A stretch of 62,011 nucleotides of DNA from an uncultured Alphaproteobacteria bacterium (lineage in GTDB: Bacteria > Pseudomonadota > Alphaproteobacteria > MPNO01 > UBA830). The position numbers and the translations under genes were made by a program. Position 1 is the first letter of the stretch. Every line of letters begins with the position of its first letter. The stretch is taken from assembly GCA_913047365.1 (NCBI GenBank), contig CAJWUK010000002.1, positions 1 to 62,011 on the forward strand. The letters run 5' to 3'. This document shows, one piece after another, positions 36,856 to 44,698 of this stretch. The notes under the pieces are model-generated. The model did not search any database, had not been told where the DNA came from, and saw only the letters and a program-made list of their open reading frames with translations.

Positions 36856-36982
36856 GGTCGGATGCCAAAGAATAGGTGGTTAGGTGATCTTTAAGTCGGG
36901 GACCATTCGCGATGATCGCTGGTTGTAGCTATCATTCCCCAAAAGGATAGTTGATTATCGACCTCGAGCGGGGTGCCGACCG

Positions 36983-38899
36983 GTGATAGATAAATATGAG
37001 ACGTTTATGCAGCAGCTGGGGTTTATTTCTGCCCTGGTTCTTGCTGTGGGAGCGATTTATGGGGCTGGGCCATTTCCATTTATAGAGCAGGGCGTTCGCC
37101 TGGGAGGGGCAATTGGTGCAGCTGTTATCGTAACGCTTACCCTGAAGCCACTCGCAAAGGAATTCGGCAGAGGTGACGTAGCACGGCGGACGGTATTTTG
37201 GTTGATCGATACTACGTTATTAACCTGTTTTATTTTCACTTTATTCAATTTTGCAGAAGTTTACGAAAGTATGTGGGATGGCGTAATTATCCTAGAGACA
37301 CCCACGCTTGCCGTTGGATGCTTCGGAGCATTAGTGGTAATCGAAGCAGTACGGCGGACCTTCGGTGTGATCCTGCCAGTTATCTGCATACTTATGCTTT
37401 TTTACGCTCATTATGGCGATCTTCCTGGGATACTAGGACACAGGGGTTTTACGTTCGAAGAGGTTGTTGAAGTCACATGGTATAGTTTCTCGGGCGTATT
37501 TGGGCGCCCGACCGACATTGTCTCTTCGATTGTTCTAATCTTTATAGTCTTTGGTGCCATGTTGGAGGCAACCGGCGCTACCGGAATTTTATTGAAAATT
37601 GCGACCGTAATTACCGCCCGGATTCGTGGCGGAACGGCACATTCTGCAATTGTCGCCAGCGCGCTTTTTGGCACAATCTCGGGGAGCCCCGTCGCAAATG
37701 TTGTGGGGACGGGGGTTTTCACGATCCCAATGATAAAAAGACAGGGGTTTGGCAATTCCTTTGCCGGTGCGGTGGAGGCAGCGGCCTCCTCAGGCGGGCA
37801 ATTTACACCACCGATCATGGCTGCCGTTGCGTTTATTATGGCGGAATTGATCGGGTTACCATACATCCAGGTTGCAATTTGCGCTGCAATTCCGGCTCTT
37901 CTTTATTATGGCAGCCTTTTTGCCAGTGTTTATGCGGAAGCCGTTCGCCTCGGCATTCAGCCATTGCCAAAAGACCAAATCCCAAAGCTTTCAGCAAGGG
38001 ATTGGCTTGAGTCTTCGAGGTTTTTAATCCCCCTGATCGTTGTCGTAGCGGTGCTTTTCGCTGGCCGGTCTGCAGCGTTAGCGGGTTTTTCCGCATTGGC
38101 AGCCGCTGTCATAACCGGCTTCGTAATCGATTGGATGTTACGTGGCGGTGAAGATCAGCGGCGGCTTGGATTAGGGGCGCTTTTCGATGCCCTCCGAAAG
38201 GGCGGGGTACAATGCGCTCAGATAATGGTTGCCGTGGGTTCGATTGGCATAGTCATAGGTGTGGTCAGCCTTACAGGCGTCGCCGGTAATTTTGGGGCGC
38301 TTGTATCAGAGCTTGCAGAAGGTTCGTTATTTGTCGCACTTTTGGTAACGGCGGTGGCCTGTTTACTACTTGGTATGGGGCTCCCCACTCTTCCTGCATA
38401 TCTCTTTATTGTTCTTTTTGTCGGGCCGGTGATCGGAAATCTCGGAATCCCGGCGCTTTTGGTCCATATGTTCGTTTTGTATTTCGGCGTTTTGTCTAAC
38501 GTTACGCCGCCTGTCGCTATCGCAGCCTATGCCGCCGCGCCGATCGCCGGATCAAATCCTATGTCGACCGGGTTTAATGCTCTGAGGCTCGCCGCGGTTG
38601 GCTTTATTATTCCTTTTGTAATGATTTATTACCCGTCTATCAGCATCGTAATTGATTTCAACTGGGCAGAGTTTTTATGGATATTGGCTAGGATGCCCGT
38701 CGTGATTTGGCTTGTGGCATCGGCATTGATTGGGTGTGACGCTAGGCTTCTCAGGCCCCATGAACGAGCATTAAGAGCAACCTGTGGACTGATAATGTTG
38801 GTTGAGTTAATGCCAGTCCAAATAGCGGCCTACATAATCGGGATATTTTTGATTATAGCGCACCGGCGATATGGGAACCCTCCTCGAGGTGCAAGCTAG
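36983..38899 (+). CDS. TAXI-type TRAP transporter fused (DctQ-DctM) permease
   Basis: 638-aa polytopic protein with DctM-like core blocks. Followed by a TAXI solute receptor. Start is GTG 36983 or ATG 37007. Confidence 0.88.
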   Translation: MIDKYETFMQQLGFISALVLAVGAIYGAGPFPFIEQGVRLGGAIGAAVIVTLTLKPLAKEFGRGDVARRTVFWLIDTTLLTCFIFTLFNFAEVYESMWDGVIILETPTLAVGCFGALVVIEAVRRTFGVILPVICILMLFYAHYGDLPGILGHRGFTFEEVVEVTWYSFSGVFGRPTDIVSSIVLIFIVFGAMLEATGATGILLKIATVITARIRGGTAHSAIVASALFGTISGSPVANVVGTGVFTIPMIKRQGFGNSFAGAVEAAASSGGQFTPPIMAAVAFIMAELIGLPYIQVAICAAIPALLYYGSLFASVYAEAVRLGIQPLPKDQIPKLSARDWLESSRFLIPLIVVVAVLFAGRSAALAGFSALAAAVITGFVIDWMLRGGEDQRRLGLGALFDALRKGGVQCAQIMVAVGSIGIVIGVVSLTGVAGNFGALVSELAEGSLFVALLVTAVACLLLGMGLPTLPAYLFIVLFVGPVIGNLGIPALLVHMFVLYFGVLSNVTPPVAIAAYAAAPIAGSNPMSTGFNALRLAAVGFIIPFVMIYYPSISIVIDFNWAEFLWILARMPVVIWLVASALIGCDARLLRPHERALRATCGLIMLVELMPVQIAAYIIGIFLIIAHRRYGNPPRGAS

Positions 38900-38991
38900 A
38901 TAGCGCAGTTAGAGTTGTTGAGTGACACAGTCATTTATTTGTGATGAAGTTTAAAATATCTAATTAATAAAGGCGTAATAGGGAGATAAAA

Positions 38992-40086
38992 ATGAGGTTT
39001 TTGAATAGTAAACCCTGGTTGTCCAGCCTTGGTACAATGGGTGTTATGGCTTTGATCGTCTCTGGGCCGGAGGCCATTGCTGCGGACAAGCGGTATACTT
39101 TGGGGAGCTTGGGACCAGGAACAACACCGTTTTTGGTTAATACGGCCTTTGCAAAGGCCGTCAATAAGTATGTCCCCGGGCATAACATCCAAGTTTCCGC
39201 TGTCGGCGCTGCGACAAAGCATTGTGTCCTTCTGTCAAAGCGGCGCATGGATTTCGCTATGGGTGCCCAGACGATGTACCGCCTGATGGCTTTTGGTTTA
39301 GGGCCGTTCAAAAAGGTCAAGGACGGCCTTGGGATGACAAAAAAGATATCATCAATGTTTTCATATCCGATCGGTGTTTATCACGGGGTTGTTTATGAAA
39401 AATCGGGCATCAAGTCCTACAAGGACATAAAGGGCAAAAAGGTGTTTATCGGCCCGCCTGCCGGTGTTGCGACCCGAAATATGCGCCTCATCATTAATGC
39501 AATGACCGGTTACTTGCCTGGAAGGGATTACACTCAGGTAAAAATGGGCTGGGGTCCTGCGGCGCAAGCCTTCCAAGATAGAAAATACGATGTTTGGATT
39601 GTACCGAGTGCGGCCCCGTCGCCGGCTATCACACAATTGACGCTGACAAATAAAATCAGACTTCTGAATCTTGATGAGTCGAAGTTCAATCATCCATCTT
39701 GGAAAAAATATGCTTCGCAGCCGGCGAGATTTCTTAAAAAATTATCGCCAGATATTTACGGAGAAAACCTGGTTAATAAAAAGCCGATACTGACTACCGG
39801 CGCCTACGTTGGGATGACCGTAAGGTCCGATATGGACCCTGAGTTGGTTTATCAAATGATGAAGGCTTTCTGGGATAATATAGGTGAAGCACACGCTATG
39901 TCGGTCCAGTTGAAGGAGACCCTGACGCTCAAAAACGCCACGGTCGCTCTGGCAGGGGATCCGCACCCAGGAGCAGTTAAGTATTGGAAGGAGCGAGGTG
40001 TCGAGATTGTGAAACCTCTTAAATACACGGTCGCGGATGTTAAAAAGTTTAAAGCAAAGATGGCCGCCAAAAAGAAAAAGAAATAG
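38992..40086 (+). CDS. TAXI family TRAP transporter solute-binding subunit
   Basis: Signal peptide, TAXI N-terminal block (YTLGSLGPGTTPF) and the GAVKYWKERG C-terminal block. Unusual poly-Lys tail KKFKAKMAAKKKKK. SD GGGAGA. Confidence 0.88.
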   Translation: MRFLNSKPWLSSLGTMGVMALIVSGPEAIAADKRYTLGSLGPGTTPFLVNTAFAKAVNKYVPGHNIQVSAVGAATKHCVLLSKRRMDFAMGAQTMYRLMAFGLGPFKKVKDGLGMTKKISSMFSYPIGVYHGVVYEKSGIKSYKDIKGKKVFIGPPAGVATRNMRLIINAMTGYLPGRDYTQVKMGWGPAAQAFQDRKYDVWIVPSAAPSPAITQLTLTNKIRLLNLDESKFNHPSWKKYASQPARFLKKLSPDIYGENLVNKKPILTTGAYVGMTVRSDMDPELVYQMMKAFWDNIGEAHAMSVQLKETLTLKNATVALAGDPHPGAVKYWKERGVEIVKPLKYTVADVKKFKAKMAAKKKKK

Positions 40087-40115
40087 CGACCTAAAATAAA
40101 GTTAGTGAAACGGAA

Positions 40116-40154
40116 ACAACGCCGCTGGGACTATTCCCAGCGGCGTTGTTTTTT
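40116..40154 (+). terminator. Rho-independent terminator of the TAXI-TRAP operon
   Basis: ACAACGCCGCTGGG-actatt-CCCAGCGGCGTTGT followed by TTTTTT. Confidence 0.88.
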
Positions 40155-40250
40155 CTCTTAAATAAGTTTCTCGAAAGTTAGAGCTGTTAAATGGGTGGGA
40201 AGCGAGGAACCTGCTTATCCGCTCTGACCTATAAGTTTGTGAATTCTCGT

Positions 40251-40301
40251 ATTAATCCGCCACTTTCCAGCAATATGAGCGCTGGTAAGTGGCGGATTAA
40301 T
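40251..40301 (-). repeat. perfect 15-bp inverted repeat (long hairpin) abutting the displaced tRNA-Asn 3' fragment
   Basis: ATTAATCCGCCACTT-N21-AAGTGGCGGATTAAT, with a nested CCAGC/GCTGG stem in the loop. It sits 2 nt beyond the 43-bp repeat, where the native downstream hairpin of the tRNA would be. Confidence 0.7.
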
Positions 40302-40303
40302 TT

Positions 40304-40346
40304 GCTCCTCGGGAGGGACTCGAACCCCCGACCCAGCGGTTAACAG
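40304..40346 (-). repeat. 43-bp direct repeat = 3' part of tRNA-Asn (att site, distal copy)
   Basis: GCTCCTCGGGAGGGACTCGAACCCCCGACCCAGCGGTTAACAG is identical to 44701-44743 (anticodon loop through the first C of CCA of the intact tRNA-Asn), in the same orientation. No tRNA 5' half follows. Confidence 0.9.
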
Positions 40347-40466
40347 TTGGAGTACCCGTACCCCTTCGATATATATTTTGTTATTCGTTTTCGCTTAAAT
40401 TATTGAAAACACGGGCTAATAATACGCCTTTATGGTAGGATACTGCCTGTTGAGCAATGTTTGTGC

Positions 40467-40488
40467 TGCTAACTTTATGCTAACTTGG
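40467..40488 (+). repeat. tandem 11-bp-phased TGCTAACTT motifs (candidate arm-type integrase sites, int-proximal arm)
   Basis: TGCTAACTTTA-TGCTAACTTGG. The same motif pair, in the same orientation, occurs at 44632-44652 in the opposite arm. Confidence 0.5.
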
Positions 40489-40531
40489 GTCGCCCGCTAA
40501 AACTGCCTGACCTTCGATCTAGGGGGGGCGC

Positions 40532-41131
40532 ATGGCAAAATTCACAACAAAGCGCAAATCGACCGGGCGACGTTTGATGCGCCGGACGGCAAGCAATGCA
40601 TTCTCTGGGACCGTGTAGTACCTGGGCGCGGCCTTCGCGTTTTTCCGTCCGGGGTAAAATCGGTCGTGCTGTCCTGTCGCGTCAATGGCCGAGCTCATAT
40701 CGGTACGCTCGGAATCTATGGCGTGGAAATGAAGCTGGATCAGGCCCGCATAGAGCCCGGAGAGTGGAGGGCAAAGGCCCGGAAGGGCATTGAACCCTCT
40801 GGAGAAACGAAAGACTAGCAATGCGCGCGGCAAGTCGCTGTGAGATCTCTTGGGTGAATACGTCCAGGATCGGAAGAGGCATGGCAAGAAGACGTGGTCC
40901 AAGGATAAGCGGCGGTTCGAGCTTGACGTTCCTTCAAGGCTGAAAGCGCGCCCTGCCTGCGATGTGACCCGTGCGGATATTCTGGCCCTCCGTAAGGCGG
41001 CTTCCCATGCACCCTACCAGGCGAATCGGACTGTCGAGACGATCCGTCACACCTTCAACCTTGGCGTGGATTGGGGTTCCGGTCTGAGGATAAACGACAA
41101 CCCCGCCCACGGCATAATCGTGTATCCTTAG
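40532..41131 (+). pseudogene. tyrosine integrase (P4-like, DUF4102 N-terminus) remnant: frameshifted, internally stopped, catalytic domain missing
   Basis: Frame a: MAKFTTK. Frame b from ~40552: AQIDRATFDAPDGKQCILWDRVVPGRGLRVFPSGVKSVVLSCRVNGRAHIGTLGIYG..LDQAR...KGIEPSGETKD then TAG. Frame c (40850-41131): KKTWSKDKRR....ITRADILAL....PYQANRTVETIRHTFNLGVDWG...DNPAHGI then stop. No R-H-R-Y catalytic domain follows. Confidence 0.85.
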
Positions 41132-41222
41132 GAAGACGCAAACTTATTGTTTGCGGATAGTAACTGGGGTTAAGGGCGGAAATGAAACGATCTGACGCGT
41201 GACGCGCTTCGAACCTACATTT

Positions 41223-42794
41223 ATGCGTTCGATTCTTTTCGGCTTTTCGGCGGTCAGCTTGGCATTTCTGCCCGTATGGCACAGCTTATTCTCTCGTCGG
41301 GGAACGGTCTTCGACAGTCCCTTTCTTTCTAACCACCTTCAGTTAGATGTGACAGGCCAGCTTGATTACATGGCGGGCCTAACGTTAATGGTCACATTGT
41401 CTATCTTTGTAGGGGGCACCATTGCCTTAGTCGCATCCCGTTCTTCAATCCTAGCACGAACAATTATGCTCGGTGGTGCCCTGGCACTGCTGCTGTTCGG
41501 TTTGAACGCGGCTCGCGCTCACTATCTACCGTGGGCCAGTTTGTCCAACATCCTTGTATTCGCGAGAGAGGAGACCCTTCTATTTTCGGCGATGCTGCTG
41601 GTTGCGTTGGCTCTGTTAGCGGGACTTATCTTTTTTCTCAACGAGCATCTTATTCGAGCGGTCCTCATCGGCTTACCCGTTGGTGCGATTATATTACTAA
41701 ACGTGATTGCCGCGGTTTTGGTTCTCGGCAAGACCAGTTTCGTAGTGGAGAAGGGCGCGCTAGCAACGCGATTTGCCGAAATTCCGCAAAATCGGGTTGT
41801 CTGGATTATTTTCGATGAAGCAGATTACCGGCTTCTTTTTGAAAACCGGCCCGACGGGCTGGTGCTTCCCAATTTTGACAAGCTGCGCCGATCGGGCCTA
41901 GAGGCAAGCCAAGCGGTTCCCCGTGGCAGATCCACCATCGTGACCATTCCGGCTCTGATCCACGGCCGCCCCATTTCAAGCGCATCCTTTCAAGAGCGCG
42001 GGCTTGTGCTCACCTCTGCTGAGACCAATTCAGCCTGGTTCTGGCAAGACAAAGAAAGCATTTTCGAGGAGTTGCGAATGAAAGGGCTGAATGCCGCTGC
42101 GCTCGGTCAGGAATTTATCCCGTATTGCCGCATAATGCATCGGGTGCTCAACCAATGTTGGGAGATGGGCCGGAACTGGGAACCGGGGTCGGATTTTTTC
42201 CACACTCGAATTGATGATTTTTTGTTGCGGCTTGCGGCCTATATTCCAGTATTGAACAGGAAGCTGCGGCCCGAACTGTTTGATTCTGGCATCACGTATG
42301 AGCATTTCCTTTCAGGAACCCTCAGCGCGATATCTGACCGCACGCTAGCATTGACGTATATTCACTGGAACGTACCGCATACGCCCTACATATGGGATCG
42401 ACGGTCTAAGAGTTATATCAACGCTACGGAAAAACCTTCGAGATATTTCGATAATGCGGCCTATGCCGATATGTTACTGGGCCAGGTGGTAGGGCATATC
42501 TCGAAGTCGGGCCTTGCCGACCGCACCGCTCTAATTATCTCTTCTGACCATAGTTGGCGCCGTTCGGCGAAACAGCATGATGGAATCCTGGATTTCAGGG
42601 TGCCGTTCATTGTTAACTTCCCTGGCCAATCGCGGCCTATAGATTTTTCTGAACCCTTCGATACAATCGTGACAAGAAAACTGGTTGCTGAGATTCTCAA
42701 GGGCGACGTAAATACAGCTGAGCAAGCTGCTAGGTTCATTCGCGCAAACCGCGTATTGCCGAAACGTTCTGCACCTCAAATGACCAAAAAATGA
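41223..42794 (+). CDS. polytopic membrane alkaline-phosphatase-superfamily transferase (LtaS/EptA/OpgB-like sulfatase-fold)
   Basis: About 5 N-terminal TM helices followed by a soluble domain with VWIIFDEADYR, a GRSTIVTIPAL (Ser/Thr nucleophile context), HWNVPHTPY and IISSDHSW metal-ligand blocks. No sulfatase C/S-x-P-x-R motif. ATG 41223 (track GTG 41199 is possible). Confidence 0.7.
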   Translation: MRSILFGFSAVSLAFLPVWHSLFSRRGTVFDSPFLSNHLQLDVTGQLDYMAGLTLMVTLSIFVGGTIALVASRSSILARTIMLGGALALLLFGLNAARAHYLPWASLSNILVFAREETLLFSAMLLVALALLAGLIFFLNEHLIRAVLIGLPVGAIILLNVIAAVLVLGKTSFVVEKGALATRFAEIPQNRVVWIIFDEADYRLLFENRPDGLVLPNFDKLRRSGLEASQAVPRGRSTIVTIPALIHGRPISSASFQERGLVLTSAETNSAWFWQDKESIFEELRMKGLNAAALGQEFIPYCRIMHRVLNQCWEMGRNWEPGSDFFHTRIDDFLLRLAAYIPVLNRKLRPELFDSGITYEHFLSGTLSAISDRTLALTYIHWNVPHTPYIWDRRSKSYINATEKPSRYFDNAAYADMLLGQVVGHISKSGLADRTALIISSDHSWRRSAKQHDGILDFRVPFIVNFPGQSRPIDFSEPFDTIVTRKLVAEILKGDVNTAEQAARFIRANRVLPKRSAPQMTKK

Positions 42795-42985
42795 AAAAAT
42801 TTGCAGCTGGCTTTCTGATCATGATAGCGACAAGCAACCCTTCCTACGCCTACGTCGATCCCGGGTCGGGGGCATTTCTTCTGCAGATCCTCGCCGCCAT
42901 CGGCGTCGGGGCACTATTTTACATGCGAAAGGCCCGGGAGTTCGTCAAACAGCTTTTCACCCGAAGAAAGAGGAAAGACCGGTAG
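42791..42985 (+). CDS. small membrane protein (64 aa)
   Basis: ATG overlaps the upstream stop (ATGA). N-terminal hydrophobic segment, YVDPGSGAFLLQ motif, second TM helix, basic tail RRKRKDR. Confidence 0.6.
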   Translation: MKKFAAGFLIMIATSNPSYAYVDPGSGAFLLQILAAIGVGALFYMRKAREFVKQLFTRRKRKDR

Positions 42986-43006
42986 AACGATACGGTTGCA
43001 TTCGCG

Positions 43007-44443
43007 ATGGATGATAGGTTTCCAATGCCGTCCTTCCGCGATCCGGACGGACGGATTGTCATTTTAGACGGCCGCGTGTTGCGGTTCATGCGTCGTGGCG
43101 CGCCGGAGATGCTGCGCGGCTTTTCCGAAACGAAATCGGGACGCCGGCTGATCGACTCCGGAAAGATACAATCCTGGCGAACGGTCAATCCGGAAGACCC
43201 GGTCGTTCAGGAGGTGTCGGCGGCGGCCCCGGGAGACGCATCGGCGAAAGGTTGGACCGACGTCATCGAGCACGAACGGGTGCCCTTTGCCACTTATGCA
43301 CATGAATGGCCTGCCGCGATGTTGGCGGAAGCAGCAAAGCTGACGCTCGAGATTGCCCGCGACCTGCTGGAAGACGGCTACGGACTGAAGGACGCGACAC
43401 CCTATAACGTCCTTTTCAAAGGTGCGCGTCCGGTTCACGTTGACGTCTTGTCGGTCGAGAGGCGGGATCCGAGTGATCCCATCTGGTTGGCCGAAGTGCA
43501 GTTCCTTCAGGCGTTCCTGCTTCCGCTTCTTTCGGCACAAACCTTCGGAGATGCGCCCCATCGTCATTTCCTGATGAGCCGGGGCGGTGTGACGGCGGAA
43601 ACGCTGTATAGAAAAGCCGGGATTTTGCGCCGGTTCAGCCCGTCGTTTCTTGGGTTTGTGTCAATGCCGGTCTTGCTATCCGGGATGGCTGAAAAAAGAG
43701 AGCAGACGCTTTATAAACCGCGCCGCGTCGATCCCGCCCGCGCCGCCTATACCGTCCGTTACCGGATCAAACGGTTAACCCGTGCCATTGACCACATGTT
43801 TCCCGCGCCGAAAAAATCGGCCTGGTCGGATTACGAAGCGACGCGGGGCTACGACAAAGGTGACCTCGCCATCAAGGAAGCGTTCGTGGTCTCGGCCATC
43901 GAACGGTTCTCGCCCACGCGGGTTCTCGACCTCGGCTGCAACAAGGGCCAATACAGCATTATGGCCGCTGAACGGGGTGCAAGCGTAGTAGCGTGCGATT
44001 TTGACCCGTTTGTTGTCGGAAAATTGTGGCAAGTGGCCAACGCGCGCAGTATCGACATCCTGCCCTTGGTCGTGGATCTTGCGCAGCCTGCTCCGGCCCT
44101 GGGTTGGCGTAATGCTGAATTTCCTTCCTTTCTGTCGCGCGCTCGCGGCAATTTCGACTGCGTGCTTGCCCTTGCTATCATTCACCACCTGCTAGTGACC
44201 GAGCGGGTGCCGATGAGCGAGGTGGTTGAGCTGATCGCCGATATGACACTCGATATTGCGGTGATGGAATATGTTTCGCCGGAAGATCCCAATTTCAAAC
44301 GTCTTTGTCGCGGCCGTGACGCGCTTTATGCACACCTGACTGAAGAAGCCTTTGTTTCGGCATGCCAAGCGCGGTTCGAGCTTGTCGATCGGCGCACCCT
44401 TGAAACGGGAAATAGAACGCTTCTCCTGTTTAAGCGCCGCTGA
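43007..44443 (+). CDS. two-domain class I SAM-dependent methyltransferase (478 aa)
   Basis: C-terminal Rossmann motif I VLDLGCNKGQYS with acidic post-I (ACDFD) and ALAIIHHL. A ~270-aa N-terminal domain (FRDPDG...HERVPFATYAHEWP...LKDATPYNVLF..ARPVHVDVLS) recurs in an uncharacterised methyltransferase family as far as I recall. Confidence 0.75.
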   Translation: MDDRFPMPSFRDPDGRIVILDGRVLRFMRRGAPEMLRGFSETKSGRRLIDSGKIQSWRTVNPEDPVVQEVSAAAPGDASAKGWTDVIEHERVPFATYAHEWPAAMLAEAAKLTLEIARDLLEDGYGLKDATPYNVLFKGARPVHVDVLSVERRDPSDPIWLAEVQFLQAFLLPLLSAQTFGDAPHRHFLMSRGGVTAETLYRKAGILRRFSPSFLGFVSMPVLLSGMAEKREQTLYKPRRVDPARAAYTVRYRIKRLTRAIDHMFPAPKKSAWSDYEATRGYDKGDLAIKEAFVVSAIERFSPTRVLDLGCNKGQYSIMAAERGASVVACDFDPFVVGKLWQVANARSIDILPLVVDLAQPAPALGWRNAEFPSFLSRARGNFDCVLALAIIHHLLVTERVPMSEVVELIADMTLDIAVMEYVSPEDPNFKRLCRGRDALYAHLTEEAFVSACQARFELVDRRTLETGNRTLLLFKRR

Positions 44444-44631
44444 GAGCCAACAAAATTGCAGCCGACGTCGCGCTTTGCGCCTTGATCGAATTTTCCGATT
44501 GTCGGCCTTGGGTCAAAAGCGTCCCTAGCCAATCCGCACAAAATTCTTCTGCTGTGAGGGTTGAAACGGAATTGCCGGTGATTCGTACAACTCGGACAAC
44601 ACAGTCATCGAGTACCAAATTTCGTCGTTTT

Positions 44632-44652
44632 TGCTAACCTGTTGCTAACTTG
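44632..44652 (+). repeat. tandem TTGCTAACCTG-TTGCTAACTTG (candidate arm-type sites, tRNA-proximal arm)
   Basis: Two 11-bp units, 52-68 bp from the att core. A third GCTAAC lies in the adjacent hairpin (44680-44685). Confidence 0.5.
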
Positions 44653-44659
44653 AAAAGCG

Positions 44660-44690
44660 AAAGGGTTAACGCCTGAAACGCTAACCCTTT
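44660..44690 (-). terminator. hairpin downstream of the intact tRNA-Asn (island-borne)
   Basis: On the minus strand: AAAGGGTTAGCG-tttcagg-CGTTAACCCTTT followed by CGCTTTTC. 12-bp stem with one mismatch. Confidence 0.5.
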
Positions 44691-44698
44691 GCTAGAAT

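Noticed and set aside
44430-44618. 62-aa minus-strand ORF with ...VRITGNSVSTLTAEEF..., faintly like the GN[AS]V motif at the C-terminus of DNA methyltransferases
   Set aside because: The match is a single short motif. No upstream methyltransferase sequence exists (the frame enters the convergent SAM-methyltransferase gene). Too weak to call even as a pseudogene.
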